DNA from: Spirochaetia bacterium | GTDB taxonomy: Bacteria > Spirochaetota > Spirochaetia > SZUA-6 > Bin103 | DNA length: 64,000 nt | Direction of reading: 5' to 3' | Assembly (NCBI GenBank): GCA_965203905.1 | Contig: CBDBDQ010000005.1 | Location: 5,152,001-5,216,000, forward strand | Shown: piece after piece, positions 49,640 through 58,917 of the stretch | Position numbering within the stretch: the stretch's first letter is position 1 | Layout: each line of letters begins with the position of its first letter | Notes under the pieces: generated by a model | What the model saw: the letters and a program-made list of their open reading frames with translations, nothing else | What the model was told of the DNA's origin: nothing | Database searches by the model: none | Made by a program: the position numbers and the translations under genes

Positions 49640-49677
49640 CGGCTGTGGCGGCGGTGGCGGCGGTTGTGGTGGTGAGG

Positions 49678-50847
49678 TTAGTTCCGGTACGGGTCGGCGG
49701 CGTCGCGCAGGCCGTCGCCGACGAAGTTGAACGCCAGGACGGTCACGATCACGAACAGCCCCGGGATCAACAGCCAAGGGTGCAGCGCCACCGTCTGCAA
49801 CTTCTGCGCCTCCTCGAGCAGCACGCCCCAGCTCACCACCGGCGGCCGCAGTCCCAGCCCGAGGAAGCTCAGAGCGGTCTCGCCGAGGATCATGCCGGGC
49901 ACCGCAAGGGTCAGATTGACGATCAGGTAGCTCAGAAACGAGGGCAGCAGGTGGCGGGCAATGGTGGCGGCTGCCGGCGAGCCCGAGATCGTCGCCGCCA
50001 TCACGAAGTCCTCTTCCCGGAGTTGCAGCAGTTTGCCGCGCACCACCCGCGCGAGCCCACCCCAGCTCACAATCGACAGGATGATGGTGATCGCGAGGTA
50101 GACCTGCAGGGCGCCCCACTCACGTGGCATCGCCGCCGACAGCGCCATCCACAGCGGGATGGTCGGGATCGACTGCATGAACTCGATCAGGCGCTGCACG
50201 GCCATGTCGGAACGACCGCCGAAAAAGCCGGAGATGCCGCCCAGGGTACAACCCAGCACGAAGGTCATTGTCACACCGATCAGGCCGATGGACAGCGAGG
50301 TACGGGCGGCATACAGCACCCGCGAATAGAGGTCGCGGCCGAACCTGTCGGTCCCCAACAGGAACAGGGTGCCCTCGTCGACCCCGAGGAGATGTATTCT
50401 GCTCCGAAACAGCGACCACAATTCGTATTCGTCGCCGCGTCGGAACAGGCGGATGTAGCTGCGTCGGGTCTTGTCGGCGTGATAGTTCTTGCGAAACGTC
50501 TCCATGTTCAGCTCCAGGCGCAGGGGGTAGACGAAGGGGCGCAAGGAAAAGCCCTGGTCGCTGAAAAAGCGTATCCGCTGCGGGGGAGCGTAGATGTGTT
50601 CGGAGTTGCGCTTGGCAATATCCTGGGTGGCAAAGAACTCGGCGAAGATGGCTACGAGGTAGAGTACGGCCAGCACCATCAACCCCACGAGGGCCAGCTT
50701 GTGACGCACGAACTTGCGCCGCATCAACTGCCACTGGGAGGCGACGAAGTAGCTTTCGTCGAAGCCTTCTCCGGTCTGGTCGGCGGTCGCGGGCGGCTGC
50801 GTTGTCGGCGGCCGAGCCGACGCGCCGGGGTGAACCGGTTCGCTCAC
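49678..50847 (-). CDS. Peptide ABC permease (OppC/DppC-like)
   Basis: LLGTDRFGRD, LREEDFV, ETALSFLGLG, GDGLRDAADPY. Start GTG 50847. Confidence 0.92.
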   Translation of the reverse strand: MSEPVHPGASARPPTTQPPATADQTGEGFDESYFVASQWQLMRRKFVRHKLALVGLMVLAVLYLVAIFAEFFATQDIAKRNSEHIYAPPQRIRFFSDQGFSLRPFVYPLRLELNMETFRKNYHADKTRRSYIRLFRRGDEYELWSLFRSRIHLLGVDEGTLFLLGTDRFGRDLYSRVLYAARTSLSIGLIGVTMTFVLGCTLGGISGFFGGRSDMAVQRLIEFMQSIPTIPLWMALSAAMPREWGALQVYLAITIILSIVSWGGLARVVRGKLLQLREEDFVMAATISGSPAAATIARHLLPSFLSYLIVNLTLAVPGMILGETALSFLGLGLRPPVVSWGVLLEEAQKLQTVALHPWLLIPGLFVIVTVLAFNFVGDGLRDAADPYRN

Positions 50848-51842
50848 GCTCCGTGTTCCTTCTCGTAGCGGATGCGGGGATCCAGCCACACCAGCAACAT
50901 GTCGGAGATGAAGGTGCCGATGATGGTCAACACCGCGAGCACCATGACAATGCTCGCCGCGAGCTGCATGTCCTCGGCGGTGAGTGCCTGGAACAACAAC
51001 GGGCCCACGGTGGGGAGGTTGAGGACGATGGCGGTAATGATGGTGCCGGACACGATTTCCGGGAGCAACCAGCCGACCGTGCTTACGATCGGGTTGACAG
51101 CGATGCGCACGGGGTACTTGAACAGCAGGTCGCGTTCCTCCACTCCCTTCGCGCGCGCGGTGATGACGTACTGCTTCTGCAACTCGTCCAGCAGTGAGCC
51201 ACGCATTACCCGGATCAGTCCGGCAGTGCCCGCGGTGGCGACCACGATGATCGCCACCGGCAGGTGCAGCATCATGTCCAGGAATTTGAGGATGCTCCAT
51301 GGCGCATCCACGTACTCGGTGGAGAACAACCCCGTGATTCTGAAGTCGAACAGGCTGAACGCCAGCCACATCAGGATCAGCGCGAGCAGGAAGTTGGGCG
51401 TTGCCAGGCCCACGAAGCCGAATACCGTGGCAGTGTAATCGCCGACCGAATACTGGTGGGTGGCCGAGTAGATTCCTATCGGTATCGCCATCGCATAGGT
51501 GAAGGCCAGCGTTACCAGCGAAAGCACCACGGTCAGACCAAGCCGTTCCCGGATCAGCTCGGCCACCGGCCGGTTCCACTGATGCGACCGGCCCAGATTG
51601 CCACGGATCAGATTGGCTACCCACTTGAGGTACTGGATGTAGTCGGGTTGATCGAGCCCGTAAAGCTTGCGCATCCCTTCCAACTCAGCTTCGCTCATGG
51701 TGGTATCGGAGAGGTTCAACTGCTGCAGACGATAGGTCAGATAGTCGCCGGGGGGCAGCTTGATGATGGCGAAACCGACCATCGACACCGCCACCATCGT
51801 GAGCAACATGTAGCCGAGTCTGCGCCCAAAGTACGCGGTCAC
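50844..51842 (-). CDS. Peptide ABC permease (OppB/DppB-like)
   Basis: LPPGDY, YGLDQP, YVITARAKG, LDPRIR. Start GTG 51842. Confidence 0.92.
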   Translation of the reverse strand: MTAYFGRRLGYMLLTMVAVSMVGFAIIKLPPGDYLTYRLQQLNLSDTTMSEAELEGMRKLYGLDQPDYIQYLKWVANLIRGNLGRSHQWNRPVAELIRERLGLTVVLSLVTLAFTYAMAIPIGIYSATHQYSVGDYTATVFGFVGLATPNFLLALILMWLAFSLFDFRITGLFSTEYVDAPWSILKFLDMMLHLPVAIIVVATAGTAGLIRVMRGSLLDELQKQYVITARAKGVEERDLLFKYPVRIAVNPIVSTVGWLLPEIVSGTIITAIVLNLPTVGPLLFQALTAEDMQLAASIVMVLAVLTIIGTFISDMLLVWLDPRIRYEKEHGA

Positions 51843-51960
51843 AGTGCATCCTCCGTTGCTGCAAGGGCAGGCCCGGCCTGGTGGGAACCAGTCTGCTATC
51901 GGCGAAGGAATCAGACTGCGCGTCATCGTCAGAGCGCCCGTCGCAGCAGCGGTATTCCCC

Positions 51961-52010
51961 TGCCTGATCCGTAACTGGTTAATCTTACGGCTCCCGCGTG
52001 CTCTGTCAAC
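51961..52010 (-). promoter_or_regulatory. Promoter/operator module, copy 2
   Basis: TTGACA-N16-TAAGAT; 42/50 identical to 49590-49639. Confidence 0.65.
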
Positions 52011-52082
52011 TGTTGTGTGGCTCGGGGCTCGTCTGGCTCGTCGCCGAGCTGTCTGGGGGCGCCGGGCCGCTTCGTCAGCCGC

Positions 52083-53795
52083 CTAGCGTTGCACGGTGAG
52101 CAGGGTGTTGGCGGCCGGTACCGGCAGGGTGGAGCGGGCGCCGTCGGGCCAGGTGATCTCCAGCCGCTGCAGCGCGGCGTCCTCGGGGAAGCCGAAGTGG
52201 ACGCGGCTGGGGTCGCCGGAGAGGAAGCCGCTGGAGCTGCGGATCTCGCGCACGTAGCTGTCGGTCGACGTGTGCAGGGTGAGGCGCGAACCGATGGCAC
52301 GGGTGTTGCCGCTGCCGGGCCACAGCAGGTCCACCTGCAGGCTCGCTCCGCCGCACAGCCGGTTCTCCAGCAGCTCCGCCGGTGTGCGCAGGTTGTTCAC
52401 CACGATGTCGAGGTCGCCGTCGCCGTCGAGGTCGGCCATGCTCATGCCGCGGCCGCCGGCGGTGCTGCCCAGGCCCCATTCCGGGGCGCGGCGGAAGCTG
52501 CCGCCGCCCTGGTTGCGAAACACCTGGTTCTCTTCGATCAGCTCGGCGTCGGGGAGGTGCCCGAAGGAGGCCTCGCTGTACATGCCGTTGACCACGTAGA
52601 GGTCCTGCAGCCCGTCGTTGTCCAGGTCCGCGAACTTGGCCGACCAGCTCCAGCCGCTGGCGTCGACTCCGCTGTCGGGCGCCCGGTTCTCGAAGCCGTC
52701 CGCCACGCTGCCCACGAGCAGAATGTTCTCCTCGATCTGCGGGTCGCCCTCCGGCATCGGGTCGTAGTTGGCGCGCAGGTGCTGCCACGCCTCACGCGTG
52801 GCGGCGTCCTCGGAGTAGGGCTTCATGTCGGCGCTGAACAACTCCAGGCTGCCGTCGTTGTCGATGTCGGCGGCATCGAGGCTCATCGTGTTGCGCGGCA
52901 TGCGCGGCAGCAGGTTCCGGATCCGGAACCCGTCCGGAGTCCACAGAAAGGCGTAGTCCGGCAGCTCGAAGTCGTTGCCGACCAGAATGTCGAGCCGGCC
53001 GTCGCCGTCCACGTCGGTCAGCAGCAGCGCCAGCGCATGCGCGTAGCGCACCAGCTCGAACGGGTGCAGCTTGCCGTCGACGTTCTCGTAGTAGGCGACG
53101 CCGCCGCCGATCACGAAGCCGTCGTAGAGCTCGGCGATCTCGCCGTCGTAGCTGGCCCCCGCCAGGTCCAGGTCGCCGTCGCGGTCCACGTCCGCCAGGG
53201 CGATCGCGTTCAGCACGTGCCAGGGACCGAATCCTTCGGTGCGCGCGAAGGTGCGCGTCCCGTCGCCGGCTGCGCTGAGCCACAGGCTTGGCGGATTGCC
53301 GGGGTGGGAGAGGATCAGGTCCTGCCACCCGTCGCCGTCGAAGTCCACGATGTTGACCGCGCGCGCGTTGTCGGCGGCCAGCTCCTGGCGCTTGAAGGTG
53401 AGCCCGCCGTCGTTCCACAGGATGCTGCTCGGTGCGTCCAGGTTTGCCAGGACGATGTCGATGTCGCCGTCGTTGTCCAGGTCGTTGACGCCGAGCGCCG
53501 AGCCGACGCCGGCGAAGATCGGCTTGCGCTGCGGCGAGAACACGGTGGTGTGGGGCAGGGCGTGGGAGACGAAGGTTCCGCTGCACTCCGCTCCCGCGGC
53601 AACCGGCTGCGCACTTTGCGTTATCTGCGGCTCCGCCGTCACCGGAACGGCACACACGGCACAGAGCAGCAGCGGCAGCCCGAGAACTCGCGGGCAGGTC
53701 ATGAAGGCGGCGAGCAGCCCGTGGCGGAGCCCGGCGTCGCACCGAGAGCGGCGAGGGGATGGATCGTCGCGCGGATGCAGCTGGAGTTTCGCCAC
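52083..53795 (-). CDS. CRTAC1-family protein (FG-GAP/VCBS repeats + ASPIC/UnbV domain), secreted; alternative start at 53702
   Basis: Repeated DLDNDGDID, DFDGDGWQD, DVDRDGDLD motifs; C-terminal AIGSR...SGFLS...VHFG...ITWPDG. Confidence 0.88.
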   Translation of the reverse strand: MAKLQLHPRDDPSPRRSRCDAGLRHGLLAAFMTCPRVLGLPLLLCAVCAVPVTAEPQITQSAQPVAAGAECSGTFVSHALPHTTVFSPQRKPIFAGVGSALGVNDLDNDGDIDIVLANLDAPSSILWNDGGLTFKRQELAADNARAVNIVDFDGDGWQDLILSHPGNPPSLWLSAAGDGTRTFARTEGFGPWHVLNAIALADVDRDGDLDLAGASYDGEIAELYDGFVIGGGVAYYENVDGKLHPFELVRYAHALALLLTDVDGDGRLDILVGNDFELPDYAFLWTPDGFRIRNLLPRMPRNTMSLDAADIDNDGSLELFSADMKPYSEDAATREAWQHLRANYDPMPEGDPQIEENILLVGSVADGFENRAPDSGVDASGWSWSAKFADLDNDGLQDLYVVNGMYSEASFGHLPDAELIEENQVFRNQGGGSFRRAPEWGLGSTAGGRGMSMADLDGDGDLDIVVNNLRTPAELLENRLCGGASLQVDLLWPGSGNTRAIGSRLTLHTSTDSYVREIRSSSGFLSGDPSRVHFGFPEDAALQRLEITWPDGARSTLPVPAANTLLTVQR

Positions 53796-53801
53796 CGGCC
53801 G

Positions 53802-54947
53802 CTAATTGCTCTTGTACGGATCGGCGGCGTCGCGCAGGCCGTCGCCGACGAAGTTGTAGCAGAGCACGGTGACGATCACCAGCAGGCCGGGAATCATCAT
53901 CCACGGGTGCAACTCGATGGTGCGCACGTTCTGCGCCTCCTTGAGCAGCACGCCCCAACTCACCGTGGGCGGACGCAGCCCCAGGCCGAGAAAGCTCAAC
54001 GCGGTCTCGCCCAGGATCATGCCCGGCACACTGAGCGTCAGAGACACGATCAGGAAGCTCATGAAGGAGGGCAGCAGGTGCCTCACGATGATGGTGGTCG
54101 AGGTCGAGCCGGCGATCGTCGCCGCCATCACGAAGTCCTCCTCGCGCAGTTGCAGCAGCTTGCCGCGCACCACCCGCGCCAGCCCGGTCCAGGCTATCAG
54201 CGACAGAATGATGGTGATCGCGAGGTACACCTGCAGCGGCCCCCACTGGCGTGGCACCGCGGCCGACAGCGCCATCCACAGCGGAATGGAGGGGATCGAC
54301 TGCATGAATTCGATCAGGCGCTGAATCGCCATGTCGGCGGCTCCACCGAAGAAGCCGGATATGCCGCCGAGCGTACAGCCGAGCACGAACGCCACGGCGA
54401 CCCCCACCAGGCCGATCGACAGCGAGGTGCGGGCGGCGTACAGAGCCCGCGAGTAGATGTCGCGCCCGAACTTGTCGGCGCCCATCAGGAACAGGGTGCC
54501 CTCGTCTACCCCGAGCAGGTGAATGCGAGTGGGGAACAGGCCCCACAGCTCGTACTCGTCACCTGGCGCGAAGAAGCGCAGGTATGCCTTTCTTGAGGTG
54601 TCCGGCGCGTAGCGGTTGCGGAACGTCTTCACGTCGAGCTCGACGCGCCACGGGTACACGAACGGGCGCAGCGAGAGGCCGTCTTCGCCGATGAAGCGGA
54701 TGCGCTGCGGCGGCGCATACAGGTGATCGGAGTCGCGCCGGTAGATGTCCTGGGTGGCGAAGAACTCGGCGAACAGGGCCACGAAGTACAGCAAGCCCAG
54801 CACCACCAATCCGATGATGGCCAGCCGGTGGCGCGTGAAGCGGCGCCGCATCAGGGTCCATTGCGACGCGAGGAAATAGCGCTCGGCCGCTTCCGCCTCA
54901 GTCACGAGCATTCCCGTCTCGACGGACCGGGCTTCGACGTCGCTCAT
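53802..54947 (-). CDS. Peptide ABC permease (OppC/DppC-like)
   Basis: GADKFGRD, LREEDFV, GDGLRDAADPY. Start ATG 54947. Confidence 0.92.
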   Translation of the reverse strand: MSDVEARSVETGMLVTEAEAAERYFLASQWTLMRRRFTRHRLAIIGLVVLGLLYFVALFAEFFATQDIYRRDSDHLYAPPQRIRFIGEDGLSLRPFVYPWRVELDVKTFRNRYAPDTSRKAYLRFFAPGDEYELWGLFPTRIHLLGVDEGTLFLMGADKFGRDIYSRALYAARTSLSIGLVGVAVAFVLGCTLGGISGFFGGAADMAIQRLIEFMQSIPSIPLWMALSAAVPRQWGPLQVYLAITIILSLIAWTGLARVVRGKLLQLREEDFVMAATIAGSTSTTIIVRHLLPSFMSFLIVSLTLSVPGMILGETALSFLGLGLRPPTVSWGVLLKEAQNVRTIELHPWMMIPGLLVIVTVLCYNFVGDGLRDAADPYKSN

Positions 54948-55945
54948 GCCGCGCTCTTCTCGGACTCGAAGCGGATGCGCGGATCGAGCCACAGCAGCAG
55001 CATGTCGGACACGAACACCCCGACGATGGTAAGGACCGAGAGCACCATCACGATGCTCGCCGCGAGCTGCATGTCTTCCTGGGTGAGCGCGTTGAACAGC
55101 AGCGGCCCCACGGTCGGCAGGTTGAGCACGATGGCCGTGATGATCGTACCCGACACGATCTCCGGAAACACGCCGCCGATGCCGCTGATGATCGGATTGA
55201 TGGCGATCCGCACCGGGTACTTGAACAGCAGCGAGCCCTCCTCCAGACCCTTCGAGCGCGCGGTAACCACGTACTGCTTTTGCAGTTCATCCAGCAGCGA
55301 GCCCCGCATCACCCGAATCAGGCCGGCGGTGCCGCCGGTAGCCACCACCAGAATGGCGACCGGCAGGTGCAGCAGCATGTCCAGGAACTTGGCCACGCTC
55401 CACGGCTGGTCCAGGTATTCGGAGGAGAACAGGCCGGTGATGGGGAAACCGAACCAGCTGAGCGAAATCCACATCAACAGCAGGGCGAGCATGAAGTTGG
55501 GCGTGGCCAGCCCGATGAAGCCGAACACGGTGGCCGTGTAGTCTCCGAGCGAGTATTGGTGGGTGGCCGAGTAGATGCCGATCGGGACGGCCAGCAGGAA
55601 GGTGACCACGATGGTCAGCACCGACACCAGCGCGGTGAGCGGCAGCCGGTCACCCACCAGTTCCGCGACCGGGATCCGGAACGAATACGACTCGCCGAGA
55701 TCGCCGCGCAGCAGGTTGCTTACCCAGATGAAGTACTGCATGTAGCCGGGCTTGTCCAAGCCGTATTCTTCGCGAATCTTCTGCAGCTCCTCCTCGGTGA
55801 GCTGGGTGCCGGTGATTCCGAGCCGGCGCAGATGGGTCGACAGAAAGTCCCCCGGAGGCAGTTGGATGATGGCGAAGCCCACCACCGACACCAGCGCCAG
55901 GGTGATCGCCATGTAGAACAGTCTGCGCACCACGTACGCGGTCAT
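54944..55945 (-). CDS. Peptide ABC permease (OppB/DppB-like)
   Basis: LPPGDF, YVVTARSKG, LDPRIR. Confidence 0.92.
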   Translation of the reverse strand: MTAYVVRRLFYMAITLALVSVVGFAIIQLPPGDFLSTHLRRLGITGTQLTEEELQKIREEYGLDKPGYMQYFIWVSNLLRGDLGESYSFRIPVAELVGDRLPLTALVSVLTIVVTFLLAVPIGIYSATHQYSLGDYTATVFGFIGLATPNFMLALLLMWISLSWFGFPITGLFSSEYLDQPWSVAKFLDMLLHLPVAILVVATGGTAGLIRVMRGSLLDELQKQYVVTARSKGLEEGSLLFKYPVRIAINPIISGIGGVFPEIVSGTIITAIVLNLPTVGPLLFNALTQEDMQLAASIVMVLSVLTIVGVFVSDMLLLWLDPRIRFESEKSAA

Positions 55946-56015
55946 TTCCGGTATCAGCCCCTTTACACGCAGAAGGCCCGCGCGAGCGGGCCTCCTGCAG
56001 CGATGATCGCGTGAA

Positions 56016-58031
56016 CTACTGCTTGATGTACCACTGGTCGGGCTTTACGTCGCGGAAGAACTGCACGTCGTCGCCGGCGAACCGGACGTCGCGCGGAACA
56101 TTTCCCATCTCGTGGCTCATGATGACCGGCACCGGGGCATAGCCGACCGTACCGATCAGCAGCACCTGTTCGGAAGCGAAGTCGAACAGTTGCGTGGCGA
56201 TGCGGTCGCGCTCGGCCTTGTCGGCGGTGATGTACCACTGGCCGGCCAGCTTGAAGAACTCCTGGAACTCCGGCGGCGGCTCCTCGCCGCTCTCACCACC
56301 GGAATGGTGCCAGGCCCACCAGAGGGGCGCGTAGTGGCCGTCGTTGGAGGTGAACTTGTTGGACGGCAGATAGCCCTTGCTCTGGTTGGTGCGGCGCAGG
56401 AACCACACGGCAATGTCATAGTCGTTGTTGCCCAGCCGCTCGCCCACCAGGTCGATACTGTACGAGCGCGGGTCCACCTTGACGCCCACGTCCTGCCAGT
56501 ACTCGGCCACCAACTCGCTGATCGCCACGTGGCTCGGCCACTCCAGCGGGATCAGTATCTGGGCCGCCAGCACCTCGCCGTCGGGGCGCATGCGGAATCC
56601 GTCGCCGCCGCGCTCCAGGCCGATTTCGTCGAGCAGCCGGTTGGCGGTATCGGGGTCGTGCTCCGCGTAGCGGGTGGCCCATTCCTCCTTGTAGAAGGAG
56701 TTCTCCGGGTCCATCGCCGCCTGCCGCGGGACCGCAAGCCCGAAGAACAGCACCTTGTTGATCTCCTCGCGGTCGATCGCCAGCGACATCGCCTGCCGGA
56801 AGCGCACGTCCTGAAAGACCTCGCGCAGGGCCGGATCCTGGTGAGTCATGTTGAAGGCATAGAAGCTCTCCGCTCCCGCGGCGCGCGGCCACATCAGCGT
56901 CTCGTAGTCGCCGTCTTCCTCGTTCTCCTTGAACAGCGGAAAGTCGGGAGTCGACAGTCCGATGGCGGCCACCGACAGCTCGCCGGAGATCACCTTCAGG
57001 TTGAGGGTCTCGGCGTCGGCCACCGTCTCCACGCGCAGGCGGTCGATGTAGGGAAGCTGGTTGCCGGCCGGGTCGATGGCGAAGTGATAGGGATTGCGCA
57101 CGTGGAGCACGTAGGTGGTGGTGATCTCCTCGTGGTTCCACGGCTTCACGCTCGGGGTGTTCATGTCCTCGACCCGGAAGTCGCCGCCGCCGCCCTTCTT
57201 GCGCCATACCGCCTGTACCCAGCTATCGTAGCCTTCCTCCTTGGCCAGGGCGTCGGCGTTCTCGTTGTACTTGGCGTGGTACTTGGAGAGGTAGTGCTTG
57301 GGATAGGCGTGGGGATGCCAGCCGCCCCAAAATTCGTACCAGCCCGGCAACGTCGGGAACGGATCGGTGTAGTGCAGCCGTACCGTGAAGTCGTCCACCT
57401 TCTCGGCGTGCGACATCGGCCCCCAGCCGTTGCGCCGCCAGCCGGACGGGAACTCGTCGATGAGCAGGAAGTCCTCGAACGAGAACATCACGTCGTCCGC
57501 GGTGTAGGGGTGGCCGTCGGACCACTTCATGCCGCGCCGCAGGTACATGGTGACCGTCTTCTGGTCCTCCGACATCTCCCAGCCCTTGTGGATGTAGGGC
57601 ACGATGTCGATCGGGCTTCCCGGACCGCGGTTGGCGGTCTGCACGGCGCCGACCAGCCCGCGGATCGGCGTCAGCTCGGTGTACTCGGTGCCGATCGAGG
57701 CCGCCTTGAGGGTGCCGCCGTAGGTGCCGATGCCCTCGAACACGTTGAGCACCAGCGCCTCCTCGGGCAGCCGTTCCTCCACCGGAGGCAGGTCGCCCGC
57801 CGCCACCATCGCCGCCAGCATCGGCGCCTCGCCGAACGAGGTGATCGTCTGCCCGGTGTCGCGCTCGAAGTCGGCCAGCGTATCCCACTGCCAGACGTCG
57901 CCATACTCGGACATCATCTCCGCCGCCGCGGATCCCTGCGCCCCCGACTCTTCCTCGCCGCTGGCGAACGCGACAGCCGTCGCCACGCACGCCACAAGTG
58001 CGACCAGGGCCAGTTGCCTAGCCTTTCTCAT
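56016..58031 (-). CDS. Family-5 ABC substrate-binding protein
   Basis: GEAPMLA, LPPVEERLP, KWSDG, GNQLPY. Start moved to ATG 58031. Confidence 0.92.
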   Translation of the reverse strand: MRKARQLALVALVACVATAVAFASGEEESGAQGSAAAEMMSEYGDVWQWDTLADFERDTGQTITSFGEAPMLAAMVAAGDLPPVEERLPEEALVLNVFEGIGTYGGTLKAASIGTEYTELTPIRGLVGAVQTANRGPGSPIDIVPYIHKGWEMSEDQKTVTMYLRRGMKWSDGHPYTADDVMFSFEDFLLIDEFPSGWRRNGWGPMSHAEKVDDFTVRLHYTDPFPTLPGWYEFWGGWHPHAYPKHYLSKYHAKYNENADALAKEEGYDSWVQAVWRKKGGGGDFRVEDMNTPSVKPWNHEEITTTYVLHVRNPYHFAIDPAGNQLPYIDRLRVETVADAETLNLKVISGELSVAAIGLSTPDFPLFKENEEDGDYETLMWPRAAGAESFYAFNMTHQDPALREVFQDVRFRQAMSLAIDREEINKVLFFGLAVPRQAAMDPENSFYKEEWATRYAEHDPDTANRLLDEIGLERGGDGFRMRPDGEVLAAQILIPLEWPSHVAISELVAEYWQDVGVKVDPRSYSIDLVGERLGNNDYDIAVWFLRRTNQSKGYLPSNKFTSNDGHYAPLWWAWHHSGGESGEEPPPEFQEFFKLAGQWYITADKAERDRIATQLFDFASEQVLLIGTVGYAPVPVIMSHEMGNVPRDVRFAGDDVQFFRDVKPDQWYIKQ

Positions 58032-58067
58032 GAAGGGTTCTCCTTGTATCTGTAGAGATTCGGGAAA

Positions 58068-58096
58068 GGTGTATCCGGTCCACCCCCGGCTGTCAA
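58068..58096 (-). promoter_or_regulatory. Putative sigma70 promoter
   Basis: TTGACA-N17-TACACC. Confidence 0.45.
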
Positions 58097-58103
58097 CCGT
58101 GGC

Positions 58104-58682
58104 ATGCGCTCTCGCGCAATCGAGATGGAGAGAGCGGTGTGCTCCCACGGGGAGCTTGCCTTTACCGTGGATGTCGTGCTTGAGGAGGGTGGCGTGAGTC
58201 ACCACGGCCACTCCGTGACACGGAAGACCGTGAAAACGGCGCATGGGGCAGTACACGGTGGCCGCCATTTTCCGGTGAGCCTGAGCGACACCAATACCGC
58301 CGGCGACATCGTCGTAACAGGGCTGCCGGCCCTGCTCGCGATGAAGGCTGCGGCACTCGTTTCGCGGTGCAGCGAAAAGGACCTCTATGACTTGCTCTGG
58401 TTGTTCGATGCATTCCCCGAGCGCGAGCTCGCGGAACTGATCGAGCTTGGCCGCACGGTAGATCGCGGCGTGACCGGGGAGACGCTGGTCTACCGCATCG
58501 GGAGCACCGAGCTGGACCGTGCGGCCTGCGGCTTCGCCGCGGAGTTCGGCACCTCTGCATCCGCGGTATTCTCCCGCATCAGCGCACTCCGGCGTGAGCT
58601 GCTCAGAGCGCTGGATCTTCATCTGAGCCGCAACGCTACGAGTACGTTGCGCGAAGTCGTGAGCCGGGTGAGGCGACTGTAA
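58104..58682 (+). pseudogene. AbiEii-like nucleotidyltransferase, probably N-terminally truncated
   Basis: LLAMKAAALVSRCSEKDLYDLLWL resembles the AbiEii C-terminal K..A...R...(R/K)D.YD motif; no N-terminal GG(T/S) or DxD motif seen. Confidence 0.55.
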
Positions 58683-58917
58683 CTGGTCGGGCGCCGTGGT
58701 GCGTCCACCAGGAGGCCGCCGCCTGATCTGTTTACACACCTATTGACGAACCTCCACCAATGGAGTACCGTTGGCAACCCAACGGGAGAGGTATTGGAGG
58801 TTGGTCGCTAACCGGCTGAGAGATCCATGAAGCCAGTTTGAGAAAGAACTGTTTTGAGAAGGCGCCGTTGGCGCCGAACTATTAATTCCAGACAGATCCG
58901 TATAAGGAGGATCTAGT

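Noticed and set aside
49522-50119. Long N-terminal extensions in the ORF track (873-aa and 907-aa binding proteins, 645-aa PhyH, 648-aa permease)
   Set aside because: They overlap neighbouring genes; internal starts with RBS and signal peptides fit better, so these are not fusions.
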